64,000 bases of DNA, taken from assembly GCA_020440605.1 (NCBI GenBank), contig JAGRNT010000003.1, positions 90,801-154,800 of the forward strand, read 5' to 3'. The notes beneath the pieces were generated by a model that was not told where the DNA came from, did not search any database, and saw nothing but the letters and a program-made list of their open reading frames with translations. Shown piece by piece: positions 39,546 through 49,420 of this stretch (within the stretch, counting starts at the first letter, position 1; each line of letters opens with the position of its first letter). This stretch comes from a bacterium (GTDB taxonomy: Bacteria > 4484-113 > JAFGCY01). Made by a program: the position numbers and the translations under genes.

Positions 39546-41741
39546 CTACAGGTCTCCGAAGGCGGGAATGCCGCCGGTCACGCAGATCATCTTGCCCTTG
39601 TTGGGCGAGGCATTGGAGAGTTCCGTCACCAGGAAGTATGGCACATCATTGACAACGACCAGTTCAGCGCTGGTTGCCGGCTGTGTGACGGGCATCAGCA
39701 TCGGCTGGACAAACCACTCCGTTCCGTCATACACAGCCGCAGTCCAGAAATTGTCATTGTCGAGAAACACGGAGATCAGTCCGGTGCGGAAGGGTTCGAG
39801 ACGGGCGTTGCGGCCATAGCCCGATGAGGTGCCCGGCACAACTGCAATGTCCTCGGAATCCCAGCTGGCGCCATTCTGGCGCAGCAGGTAGAGGTCGTCG
39901 TTGGTTGCGTCATAACTGACGCTGACCCAGCCACCGGCGGTCATCACAAGGTCCGTTGCCACTCCGTTGTTTGCTCCTTGATTGTCAGAAATCTGCACGA
40001 TGTCATACGGTGCAGGACCCTTGCCGAACAGCAGTTCATGGATCTCATAGTCGAAGTAGAGAAACTCCAGGTTGTTGCCATTTGCTTCCATCTCCAGGCC
40101 GATCGGGAAGTCCTTCGTGAGGGGGCGGACGTCATCCCTGGTCCAGCTGCCGCCGGCGATCGGCCGCCTGTGCACATAGGACATTCCCGCATACCAGTCC
40201 TTGTGGATGATTGCCATGGTGTCATCCGTGACGGCACAGTCGCAATGGTGCCCGGCCGTGGGCACGTCAAACTGGCCGGGTGCAGTGCCATCAGCGACGA
40301 ACTCCGCTGTCCAGTTTCCAGGCGCTCCGCTGCTCGCATACAGGTCCAGGCCTGAACTCTCATAGGCACTGATGAGGAAAGTGCCGTTGCGCTCCGCGAT
40401 GTCCAGGAAGTTCTGGAAATTCCCGCTCCCGGAATCCAGTCCGCAGGATCCGCTTGTCCAGTTGTCCGCGGTCCCCTGGGCGAAAACCACACTGCCGCTG
40501 TCAAACCAGACGGCACTAACCGTATTGCCCGTGGCGATCCCGCGCACGGGTTCCCCTCCATCGGCGATCGGGTGGATCTGCGTCCAGTCCCAATAGTTGC
40601 CGGTGACCGCCGGCAGGTCGTCCGTCATGCGTCCCCGCGAGCTGTTGATGCTGGCACCGACAACTCTGTAGTAATACAGGGTGCCGGTCTCAAGGCCCGT
40701 GAAGCTCGCCGTGCGGTGTCCGGGGGAGCTGCGGTACTTCATGAAGATCACGGGATCCAGGTTGAAGTCCTTCTGCGCCTTGACATACACGTACCAGCCA
40801 TTGGCGGGTTCGGGACCATAGGTTTCCGTATCCCAGTCCCAGCCCACGGTAAGACTGTCCGGAGTGGATTCCACGATCCGCGGATTCTGCGGTTCAGGCA
40901 TGTCGATTGTCGGAGCGAACAGATCAATGTAATCACTGGGCGCTGATTCCGTCGTACCCAGCGCAGTCACGAAGTAGTAATAAATCACGCCCCGGATCAC
41001 CGGCTTGTAATCAAACTCCGCAGTGGGCACGGGTTCAGTATTCAACTGTATCGGGCTGCTGAGGTCGGGGTAGCGGGACAGGAAGACGTTGTAACCCGTC
41101 GCACCCGGTACTGGATCCCAGAGCAGACCTGTATTCTCGGGAGTCAGTTCGTCATAGCGCAGATTCTCGGGCGCGGTAACGCTGATGTCGCCGATGCGGT
41201 TGAAGGTCAGCTTCTGGACATCAATGGTTGCCGGCCCGGTGCGCAGCAGGGCGATATGCACGTTCCCCGAGGGTGAAACATAATGCGTGTGATTCGCGGG
41301 GGTGAAGGTGTAGCTGAAATCCTGTGTCGTGCTGAACCATTCCCAGCGGCCCTGCTCATAATTGGCCATGCCGATATAGAGAATGGTGCCGGCTCCGGTG
41401 AGGATGTTGTAGTCAACCTTAATTGAGCCCAGATCGACCTGGTTGAAGCTGCTCATGCTGTAGATCGCCCAGGGCGCGCTGCCATCATTGAGCTTGCAGA
41501 TCGTCGCCACCGCATGGGCACCGCCACCCGCGGAATCAAAGTCACTGCCCAGCACTTCCACTGAGTCGTCACTGGCGCTGCGCTGCGCCTGATCCTGTGG
41601 CGGCCAGAGCGGGAAGTCCGTGGAAGCAGGCAGCAGGGTGGAATCAGCCTCCAGGCCCGGTGCGTCCGTGGAACCACAACCTGCCAGTATCAGGATCAGC
41701 ATCAGCGGCAGCAAACGGTGCAGAGTCAGCGGATTCTTCAT
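39546..41741 (-). CDS. Lipoprotein, tandem paralog of 37238-39448
   Basis: LILAGC; RSASDDSV; ANYEQGRWEWF; YVSPSGN; LWDPVPGATGYNVF; GRMTDDLP versus GRMTEALP. Confidence 0.85.
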   Translation of the reverse strand: MKNPLTLHRLLPLMLILILAGCGSTDAPGLEADSTLLPASTDFPLWPPQDQAQRSASDDSVEVLGSDFDSAGGGAHAVATICKLNDGSAPWAIYSMSSFNQVDLGSIKVDYNILTGAGTILYIGMANYEQGRWEWFSTTQDFSYTFTPANHTHYVSPSGNVHIALLRTGPATIDVQKLTFNRIGDISVTAPENLRYDELTPENTGLLWDPVPGATGYNVFLSRYPDLSSPIQLNTEPVPTAEFDYKPVIRGVIYYYFVTALGTTESAPSDYIDLFAPTIDMPEPQNPRIVESTPDSLTVGWDWDTETYGPEPANGWYVYVKAQKDFNLDPVIFMKYRSSPGHRTASFTGLETGTLYYYRVVGASINSSRGRMTDDLPAVTGNYWDWTQIHPIADGGEPVRGIATGNTVSAVWFDSGSVVFAQGTADNWTSGSCGLDSGSGNFQNFLDIAERNGTFLISAYESSGLDLYASSGAPGNWTAEFVADGTAPGQFDVPTAGHHCDCAVTDDTMAIIHKDWYAGMSYVHRRPIAGGSWTRDDVRPLTKDFPIGLEMEANGNNLEFLYFDYEIHELLFGKGPAPYDIVQISDNQGANNGVATDLVMTAGGWVSVSYDATNDDLYLLRQNGASWDSEDIAVVPGTSSGYGRNARLEPFRTGLISVFLDNDNFWTAAVYDGTEWFVQPMLMPVTQPATSAELVVVNDVPYFLVTELSNASPNKGKMICVTGGIPAFGDL

Positions 41742-41785
41742 CGGGTTTCCTCATGTATCAATCGTGTTATAATCATCGTCCCCAT

Positions 41786-41859
41786 TGGGGAATCGTCTAA
41801 CGGTAGGACGCCTGACTCTGGATCAGGTAGTCTAGGTTCGAATCCTAGTTCCCCAGCCA
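41786..41859 (+). tRNA. tRNA-Gln (anticodon CTG)
   Basis: TGGGGAA...TTCCCCA-G-CCA acceptor, anticodon arm CCTGA-CTCTGGA-TCAGG, GGTTCGAATCC T-arm; TGtTATAAT at 41765-41773. Confidence 0.97.
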
Positions 41860-42022
41860 TTCCAAAGCCATTGCCCCGTGCCGGCGACTCTTCAGCTGGC
41901 CCGCTGAATACAATGGTATTAAACCATAAATTGCCTTTGCTGGCCTGACAACATCGCCGTTCCGCATAAGTTCAGCTTTTGCAGCTCTCCATCATTTTCC
42001 AGAAAGATGCTATAACGATGTT

Positions 42023-42640
42023 ATGGATTCAGTTTTCCGAACAGGATCACGCAATACGGAACGCCGCCGGCTGGTGCTGGAGAGTGCTGTGCTGATGATC
42101 GAGGAAACCGGATTCCAGGGACTGTCACTCCGTAAGCTGGCGTTGAAGCTTGACTCCACAACACAGCTGATCTACACCCTGTTCGGAGGAAAACTGGGTC
42201 TCTTTGAGGAATTGTACCGGGATGGTTACCGGATCATGACCGAGATGTTCCAGGCGGCACCGAAATCCCAGAACACACTTATGTATCTGAGCACGCTGTG
42301 CTGGAAATACCGCGAATTCGCACTCAACTACCCGGTGCACTTTGCCTTGATGTTCAGCCGTCCCGTGCCTGAGTTCCAGCCGCCGGATGTGGGACTGCTG
42401 CGGCAGCAGGAGCCAATGAGAATCATGCTGGAGGTCGTGCGCCTGGCTCAGCGCGGAGGAATGTTCCAGGGGATCACCGCGGAACATGCAGTGGAGCAGC
42501 TGCTGATCACCGTACATGGGGCTGTCAAGCTGGAACTGGGAGGATTCTACGGTGATCAGGCGGAAGCCAGTGAGAGCTTCGGCAGAGCCCTGCGAATCGT
42601 AGCCAACGGCATGCACGCTTCCGGTGGCAGACGCAGCTGA
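42023..42640 (+). CDS. TetR/AcrR family regulator with WHG-type C-terminal domain
   Basis: GFQGLSLRKLALKLDSTTQLIYTLFGGK; YREFALNYPVHFALMF; VHGAVKLE. Confidence 0.9.
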   Translation: MDSVFRTGSRNTERRRLVLESAVLMIEETGFQGLSLRKLALKLDSTTQLIYTLFGGKLGLFEELYRDGYRIMTEMFQAAPKSQNTLMYLSTLCWKYREFALNYPVHFALMFSRPVPEFQPPDVGLLRQQEPMRIMLEVVRLAQRGGMFQGITAEHAVEQLLITVHGAVKLELGGFYGDQAEASESFGRALRIVANGMHASGGRRS

Positions 42641-42867
42641 GGAAATTGTCCCCTAACTGTTTCTCCGGATCGTCAGGCAACTGTCTACCGACAAATCAGG
42701 CCACCTCGCCTACAATCTTCCTCAGCGGGATTGGCCTGAGCACAGCTGCCTGATTGCTTGCAATGATTCGATCTGCATTCTTATGGGCCGTACTCCAAGG
42801 GCGGGAGTCTGTCAGGAGCTATCAGGCCATCCCTGCGTTTTTTTGTACTGCGGGATAAAATAAGTCT

Positions 42868-45800
42868 GTGATGACAAACAACCCGCTCCGCATCGTTCCT
42901 GCCCTGCTTGTCTCTCTTTCCCTGCTGTACAGCTCATGTGGCAGCACGGGCAAGCTGGATACCCAGACCCAGGCCCTGGAGCTGCGGCGTATTCCCACGG
43001 TCCTGGATGCGGATGGTCCCAGCGGGGAGCTGAACCTGCAGCAGCGCCGCAATGCGGACGGGCTCGAGCTGGACTTGATTGTCAGCAATGCCAAGGAGCT
43101 GCGCAGCCTGGCTGTGGAAATCAGCTATGACCCGCTGCTCTGGCAACTTTCCTCCGCTGAGCAGACAGGTCTGCTTGGCAATCCGGACCAGTTGATCGAG
43201 CACAGCATTGAAGTGCGACCGGGTCTGCTGGCGCATGGCCAGGTACTGCTGCGGCCCGGAACTCGCAGTGGCTTTTCCGGCAGTGGCCGCATCGCGCGTT
43301 TCCAGCTTGTCGCGCGGACCGGCCAGCTGGAGCGCAGCATCTCACGCATCAACGAGGACGTACAGGCCGTTGAGTGGGATGAAGGCAGCTGGAGCCTGAG
43401 CTGGAACTATGCCAACACCGGAGACTATGATCAGAACAGCGAAGTCAACATTGCGGACCTGACGCCGATCGGCATCCACTTCGGGGAAATCGTGACGGAT
43501 CCGCTCTCGTCCCAGGCCATCATTGACGGCGATGGCAACACGGAGATCAACATTGCCGACATCACTCCGATCGGCATCAACTACGGCAGCAGTATCGCCG
43601 GTTACCGCATCTGGGAACTGGCGGCTCCGCCGGACTGGGCCGGCGTGGTGGACACGCCGGTGCTGGCTGAAGTGACCATTGCGGAAGCAACGGGCCTGCC
43701 GGCTCAGGATCTGCTGCAGTTCAGCTACAGCTATGCGGCGGACCCCGGCTATCGCTGGCTGCGCCTTGCACCGTTCAATGCTGAGGAAACCGGGACGCCG
43801 ACGGACTACATCTTCACCTATCCGTCCATCCAGCCCTCTCTGGCTCTGGCCGATCCCGGTTCACTGTCCGGCAGCGGCACCGAAGCCGACCCCTACCGTC
43901 CCAGCCTGCCCGCCAGCATATCCCTGAGCCTGCTGCTGCCTGATGAGAGTGATGTCAGCAGCGATCCGCTGACGGAATATTCCGTCAGCGGTGCTCCGGG
44001 CGCGACGATCAGTGGCAACATGCTGGAGCTCGATGCGACCGCCGTTGGCAGTTACCAGCTGACAGCCAGCCATGACGGGGTGCCATCGCGACCCTATGCG
44101 CTCTACTTCCATGTCAATGAACCACCCCTGGCCCTGCTCAGTGCCGATCCCGCCAGCGGTCATGTGCCGTTCAATGCCCTGCTGGATGCCGGAGCCAGCA
44201 CTGATCCTGATGGAGAGATCGTGCTGGTCGAATGGGACTTCGAGAATGACGGTATCTTCGACCGGGAAACGGGAACAGCACTCACCACCCTGCATCGCTA
44301 TGATGAAGTCGGGGACCATGAAGCAGTCGTGCGTCTCACCGATGACAGCGGAGCCGTGAGTCTGAGCGCAGCGCTCACGATCACGGTTGAACCGCCGAAC
44401 CAGGCACCGCTGGCTCTCTTTTCCGCTGATCCGGGCAGTGGCAACACACCTCTGCCGGTCAGCTTTGATGCCTCCGCCAGCAATGATCCGGATGGCAGCA
44501 TCGTCAGCTACGACTGGGACTTTGACAATGATGGCAACTTTGAACTGAGTGGTACGACCGCAACGCTTGCCGAGTTCACATATACGGTCCCCGGAGACTA
44601 TGAAGTTCTGCTGCGGGTCAGGGATGACGATGGTGCCGTGTCATTCTCCGCGGTCCAGCACATCAATGTCGGTGGCAACTACCCGCCCCTGCCGGTGCTG
44701 CGCGCCACCCCCAGTGCCGGGCCATCACCGCTGCTCGTCGAGCTGGATGCCGCTGATTCCACGGACCCCGACGGCAGCATCGTGCTGGTTGAGTGGGATT
44801 TCGGCGGTGATGGGGAGTATGACCTGAGTGGTCCACAGCTGACTGTCAGCAATGTCTACACCGGCGACGGAGTGTTTCACCCCGTTATCCGTCTGACTGA
44901 CAACAATGGCGGAGTTGCCGTCAGTGAACCTGCCACAATCACGGTTGGCGTGGACGCCGGGAGTCCGCCCGTCGCCATTCTGAGCGGCAGTCCACTCAGC
45001 GGAGCGCCGCCTCTTGCGGTCAGTCTTGACGGCAGTGGCAGCACGGATCCCGACGGCGATATCGTACTGATGGAGTTCGACTTCGAGAATGACGGAATCT
45101 GGGACGCAAGCAGTACCGAAGGATTCACGGTTCAGCATGAGTACACCGCCGAGGGGAACTATGCAGCAGTGCTGAGGGTGACGGACAGCTACGGGTTCAG
45201 GGATATCAGTGAGCCGGTACTGATCTCGGTCAGCAGCGGACTGCCGCCGGATGCATTCTTCACCGCAGCCAGCTACAGCGGTACAGCACCCTTTGATGTG
45301 GTTGCAAGCGCAGCCGGCAGCTCCGATCCCGATGGGCCGATCGCCCTCTACGAATGGGATCCGGATGATGACGGTGTCTTCGAGTATTCCAGCACCGAAC
45401 CCACTGCGCAGTTCAGCCTGATCAGCAGCGGCCAGTACACGATCAACCTGCGCGTATCCGATGCTGATGGCATGACGGATACCTACTCCCGTGATTTCAC
45501 GGTGAGTCCCGCCACGCTGGGCTGGCAGGACTGGAACACCGGGATCGTCAATCCCCAGAATGCAATCCTGCGCACGGTTGGTGGCCGGGCCTCGGTTGCC
45601 TGGCAGTCGAGCAGCAGCACCGTCTACTTCAAGCGCAGCGCAGATGCCGACGGTCACAACTGGCCTGTGACCGGCATGCTCGTGGACTCGGACCTGAACG
45701 GGTATCCGGACGGCAGCATGCGCCTGCTGGACTTCTCGGTCAGTGGCGGCGTACCGCTGCTGCTGAGTCTGAAGGGCACCGCGTCCCAGGCGGACCATGA

Positions 45801-46602
45801 CATGTTCGTGCTCCGCGGCCTGAACTCAGATGGTTCGGATTTCGCCCTGCCGCAGAAGATCGTTTCCGGCCCGGTCTTCCGCGTGGATCGTGACAACCGC
45901 GGCCTGCCGATGCTGGCTGACTACAGCGGCCTGCCCGGCGTAAGCTATGGTTCGGATCAGAGTGCCGGCTGGCACCACATCCGGGCCCTGGACAGCACGG
46001 GAAGCAACTGGCAGGCCAATCCTGCCGCGATTACCGGTTCGCAGGCGACGGATCTGCCCTTCAGCACCCAGTTGCAGGACCCGGCGGGCGGTGCCCTGCT
46101 CTTCTATCACGACGGGGATTGGATCGTCTCGCAGAGGGATCCGGATGGCAACGGCCAGGACTGGAACGGCGCTGTGGATCTGATTGCCGAGGCGAACGTG
46201 GTGAGGCTGCAGTCGCTCAATACATCCGACAGCGTGCTGCTTGTCTACACGGTGCTTTCCGCACCGGGACAGTACAGCGTCCTGGCGAGCCATGCCCGTG
46301 CTCCACTGTTCTCCGACTGGACTGCTCCCGTGGAAATCGTGCAGGTCAGCAGCCTGCAGGCTGATGCCCAGCTGCTGCTGGACAATGGCAAACCGGTGCT
46401 GCTGCTGACCGGAAATCCCGGAACGGAGGGTGGTGTGCACTATCTGCGCAGTCATGATGCCAGGGGCAGCGCGTGGAGCCCCACCCTGCGGATCAGCAGC
46501 CAGAGCGGAGGAGAACTGCGTGGCGCGACGATCATCAATGGCCGCCTGGCAGCCATCCACCTGCGCAGCAGCGGCAACCTGCGTCTGCTGAGCCGGGAAT
46601 GA
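42868..46602 (+). CDS. Large lipoprotein: cohesin-like, dockerin-like, Ig-like, five PKD domains, propeller
   Basis: LLYSSC; LAVEISYDP...SGSGRIARFQL (cohesin-like); DYDQNSEVNIADL / DGDGNTEINIADI; five WDF(E/D/G)xDG-type PKD motifs. Confidence 0.85.
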   Translation: MMTNNPLRIVPALLVSLSLLYSSCGSTGKLDTQTQALELRRIPTVLDADGPSGELNLQQRRNADGLELDLIVSNAKELRSLAVEISYDPLLWQLSSAEQTGLLGNPDQLIEHSIEVRPGLLAHGQVLLRPGTRSGFSGSGRIARFQLVARTGQLERSISRINEDVQAVEWDEGSWSLSWNYANTGDYDQNSEVNIADLTPIGIHFGEIVTDPLSSQAIIDGDGNTEINIADITPIGINYGSSIAGYRIWELAAPPDWAGVVDTPVLAEVTIAEATGLPAQDLLQFSYSYAADPGYRWLRLAPFNAEETGTPTDYIFTYPSIQPSLALADPGSLSGSGTEADPYRPSLPASISLSLLLPDESDVSSDPLTEYSVSGAPGATISGNMLELDATAVGSYQLTASHDGVPSRPYALYFHVNEPPLALLSADPASGHVPFNALLDAGASTDPDGEIVLVEWDFENDGIFDRETGTALTTLHRYDEVGDHEAVVRLTDDSGAVSLSAALTITVEPPNQAPLALFSADPGSGNTPLPVSFDASASNDPDGSIVSYDWDFDNDGNFELSGTTATLAEFTYTVPGDYEVLLRVRDDDGAVSFSAVQHINVGGNYPPLPVLRATPSAGPSPLLVELDAADSTDPDGSIVLVEWDFGGDGEYDLSGPQLTVSNVYTGDGVFHPVIRLTDNNGGVAVSEPATITVGVDAGSPPVAILSGSPLSGAPPLAVSLDGSGSTDPDGDIVLMEFDFENDGIWDASSTEGFTVQHEYTAEGNYAAVLRVTDSYGFRDISEPVLISVSSGLPPDAFFTAASYSGTAPFDVVASAAGSSDPDGPIALYEWDPDDDGVFEYSSTEPTAQFSLISSGQYTINLRVSDADGMTDTYSRDFTVSPATLGWQDWNTGIVNPQNAILRTVGGRASVAWQSSSSTVYFKRSADADGHNWPVTGMLVDSDLNGYPDGSMRLLDFSVSGGVPLLLSLKGTASQADHDMFVLRGLNSDGSDFALPQKIVSGPVFRVDRDNRGLPMLADYSGLPGVSYGSDQSAGWHHIRALDSTGSNWQANPAAITGSQATDLPFSTQLQDPAGGALLFYHDGDWIVSQRDPDGNGQDWNGAVDLIAEANVVRLQSLNTSDSVLLVYTVLSAPGQYSVLASHARAPLFSDWTAPVEIVQVSSLQADAQLLLDNGKPVLLLTGNPGTEGGVHYLRSHDARGSAWSPTLRISSQSGGELRGATIINGRLAAIHLRSSGNLRLLSRE

Positions 46603-46776
46603 TACCGGGGATCAAACCAGCTCAGTGAAGATGAAATGAGTAATGGCGGACCTTAGCCAGGCGGATTGTGTGTATGAATTATGTTGGCGAATTGAGGATA
46701 AAATCGCTCAGCACGCATGCGAAAAAGATGTCACATTAAATTTCCAATTATTTTTTCTTGAATATTTATTCAAAAT

Positions 46777-46821
46777 TTGAATTTTTGCTCAAAGCACCCT
46801 AGAATCTGTGCAGGAGCAAAA
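46777..46821 (+). promoter_or_regulatory. Promoter and inverted repeat of the peptide cassette
   Basis: TTGAAT(46777)-N17-TAGAAT(46800); TTTTGCTC(46783-90)-N23-GAGCAAAA(46814-21), in an AT-rich stretch. Confidence 0.55.
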
Positions 46822-46902
46822 TCTTGCGCTCCCCTCGTGATTCATCCCCAGCAACCCACCTTTGCGCGGATGAACACGCACATAGATCGGAGGAATCGAC
46901 AA

Positions 46903-47232
46903 ATGAAACTGTTCAACACCATGATTGCGGCACTTCTTCTCATTGCGCTCAGCGCCTGCTCAAGCGGTTCTCCACTGCTGGATGACGCTGACAGCCGTTC
47001 CGCCAGTGGTACGGGCCTGGTCCAGGTGTGGGACGCCAACGCGGCGGAATTCAACTTTGACCCCGCCGACTACGGCAAGACGCTCGGTGAGCTCTACAAG
47101 GGCAACGACTTCGAGGCGGACATGGACCGCATGGAGGCAGTCGTCGCACAGGCCTTCCTCATGCCTCTCAACCAGGTGCAGGGTGAATCCACGATGGGCT
47201 TCGTGCACTTTGACGACGAAGTCGTCGACTGA
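46903..47232 (+). CDS. 109-aa lipoprotein A (cassette unit 1)
   Basis: GGAGG SD; MKLFN...ALSAC; ends GESTMGFVHFDDEVVD. Confidence 0.85.
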   Translation: MKLFNTMIAALLLIALSACSSGSPLLDDADSRSASGTGLVQVWDANAAEFNFDPADYGKTLGELYKGNDFEADMDRMEAVVAQAFLMPLNQVQGESTMGFVHFDDEVVD

Positions 47233-47291
47233 GCCCAGCCATCGATATCAGCCGCCACTGGCGGATCCAACAAATTCAGGAGATAACGGAA

Positions 47292-47423
47292 ATGAGCAAC
47301 AACAACTTCGAGATCGACAACCAGACCATCAGCCTCCCGGCCGGTGCCCACGGTGTGCTGAGCACCTGCCTGACCGACAGCAGCCCGGACTATGTCTGGT
47401 TTGACTGCGAGAACGAACTCTAG
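47292..47423 (+). CDS. 43-aa peptide, copy 1 (absent from the ORF track)
   Basis: AGGAG SD; MSNNNFEIDNQTISLPAGAHGVLSTCLTDSSPDYVWFDCENEL*. Confidence 0.85.
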   Translation: MSNNNFEIDNQTISLPAGAHGVLSTCLTDSSPDYVWFDCENEL

Positions 47424-47481
47424 GATTCCGCCGACAGCGGAAACCCTCATCACCATCATCAGAATTCACAGGAGAATCAAA

Positions 47482-47811
47482 ATGCAGAAGATCAACATCA
47501 TCATCGCCGCCTTCGTCCTCGCCATCCTCGCTTCCTGCTCCGGCCAGACCGGCAGTGAACTGATGCCCGAGCGCAACACTGCGGAAGTCAACTCCATCAT
47601 CGATGTCTGGAATGCCTACGCTCCTCAGTACAACTTCGGCCCGGCCTACTCCCAGGAAACCCTCGGCCAGATCTACTTCGGCAACGACTTCGAGAGCGAC
47701 ATGAACAGCATGGAGCAGATCCTGGCTGATTTCTACGGCAAGTCCGCTGACGACGTGAACGGCGAGTCCACCATGGGCTTCGTGCACTTTGATGACGAGG
47801 TTGTCGACTGA
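47482..47811 (+). CDS. 109-aa lipoprotein B (cassette unit 2)
   Basis: AGGAG SD; MQKIN...ILASC; same GESTMGFVHFDDEVVD end. Confidence 0.85.
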   Translation: MQKINIIIAAFVLAILASCSGQTGSELMPERNTAEVNSIIDVWNAYAPQYNFGPAYSQETLGQIYFGNDFESDMNSMEQILADFYGKSADDVNGESTMGFVHFDDEVVD

Positions 47812-47871
47812 TCGACGACCAGCTGACGTCCTGCTATCACAGCCCGAGTGGCACAAGAAGGAGAATCAACA

Positions 47872-48003
47872 ATGAGCAACAACAACTTCGAGATCGACAA
47901 CCAGACCATCAGCCTTCCCGCCGGTGCCCACGGCGTCCTGAGCACCTGCCTGACGGACAGCAGCCCGGACTATGTCTGGTTCGACTGCGAGAACGAACTC
48001 TAG
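47872..48003 (+). CDS. 43-aa peptide, copy 2
   Basis: AAGGAG SD; protein identical to copy 1 with 6 synonymous substitutions. Confidence 0.85.
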   Translation: MSNNNFEIDNQTISLPAGAHGVLSTCLTDSSPDYVWFDCENEL

Positions 48004-48256
48004 GAAAGGGTCCTGTCCTATCGGACCCTGCGGCAGCCAGGCCAGATGCTGCTTAGCTGCCGCGTTGGGCGGATGCGTTCCTGCAGGCACATGCCTCGGC
48101 AAAGTGCCATGGACATCACATTTAAGCCCGCAGTGTGGACCAGGGACGCAGTAATTCCTGGGATATATCGGGCGGAAAGAAACCCGGGCATGTTAAAGCA
48201 AGCATCTACCAGCGGCAATGTCATTGCTGAAACCGGGGAAAATGGGAGAGTAGGAA

Positions 48257-49075
48257 TCAGGCCGTGGCCGAGCCCAGGTTGTTCCCGCCGCCAAAGCGCG
48301 GATTGCGGAAATGACGTTTCAGCACATCCATCAGACCCATGCCGTTGTCCTCGATGATCTGCTTCTCGCGCAGGCTGAAGACGGTTTCAACGTCATCATC
48401 CACGATGCCCATTTCCACCGCAGGAGACCAGATGTCCTTGCGGATGTACTTGATGTGGTCCTCGAACTCGGCGTTATCCATCACCCACAGCAGATCTTCA
48501 CGGTTGAAGAGCCCCTGCACGATGCGCATCAGGGCATAGGCCCGCACCCAGTTCCAGTTGGCGTGCAGACCACGGGCATTGTTGATGGCGAAATCGTAAC
48601 TCTTGATCAGGTACTGCTCGTTGCGCTGCTTGTAGGCCCAGCTCGTGATCTTGTTCCAGAGCTCAGAAGTCTGCATGTCCAGGGGGATGAGGCTCAGCAG
48701 GCGGTCCATTGTCGTCTGTTCCAGTGCCAGGAAGCCCAGGCGGTCCATGGTGATCCGGAGCTGCAGATAGAGGCGGCGGCGCAGCAGCTCCGCGCTTTCG
48801 AAACCGCTCTCCTTCTCGAGGCGCTGCAGAATCGGCGGCAGCTGGTTGATGGCCCAGCCGTCCTCGCGCAGCACCATCCGGACCTGGTACTCGAGGTAGG
48901 TCAGCTGGTAGAAGAAACGGCTGTTCTGCTCCTCATCGAAACCTCCGTCCGCATGAGCGGCCCAGGCTTCGCGGAGACGCTGTTCCATCAGATCAGCATT
49001 GCGCGAATAGAGAGCGTGCACGATCGGCTCGCAATACTCTATGAACCATGTTTCCTTGGATAGGTCTAAAGTCAT
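48257..49075 (-). CDS. All-helical hypothetical protein (TPR-like appearance)
   Basis: 272 aa, amphipathic helices, no signal peptide, native codon usage. Confidence 0.7.
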   Translation of the reverse strand: MTLDLSKETWFIEYCEPIVHALYSRNADLMEQRLREAWAAHADGGFDEEQNSRFFYQLTYLEYQVRMVLREDGWAINQLPPILQRLEKESGFESAELLRRRLYLQLRITMDRLGFLALEQTTMDRLLSLIPLDMQTSELWNKITSWAYKQRNEQYLIKSYDFAINNARGLHANWNWVRAYALMRIVQGLFNREDLLWVMDNAEFEDHIKYIRKDIWSPAVEMGIVDDDVETVFSLREKQIIEDNGMGLMDVLKRHFRNPRFGGGNNLGSATA

Positions 49076-49420
49076 CTTGCTGACAGTCTTTCCAGTGATT
49101 GCCGACTTGTCCCGGTGCCCCTTGCTCCCGGACTCCGCCGCTTCAGGTCTTTATCCTGAAGATAGACTAAATATATCATTGGTTGCCGCAATATTGCTTA
49201 TTAGGCTTGATCACGGTCAATGAGATTATTACCGCGATTTCTTCGAATTGCCAATATTGATGAGACAAAATTCCACGCAGTCTTCCTCCTGATCCTGGAG
49301 GGCATTGCCTGCCGGTGCATATCCTTGACTTTTGCTTGATATTCCCAGTGTAATCCAGTCAACAATCTTCATGCGATTCGGATATAATTGCGCTGCATTC
49401 AACTGCGGAGGAAGAACATA

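Noticed and set aside
41786-46602. Genomic island integrated at tRNA-Gln
   Set aside because: No integrase, no second copy of the tRNA 3' end seen in the window, and downstream genes resemble native families.
47230-47300. Stop-codon readthrough fusing lipoprotein and peptide
   Set aside because: In-frame stops follow soon after both TGA codons, and each peptide has its own SD.
47292-48003. Assignment of the peptides to a specific RiPP class
   Set aside because: No radical SAM, YcaO, LanM, lasso cyclase or peptidase-transporter gene lies nearby; kept only as one hypothesis.
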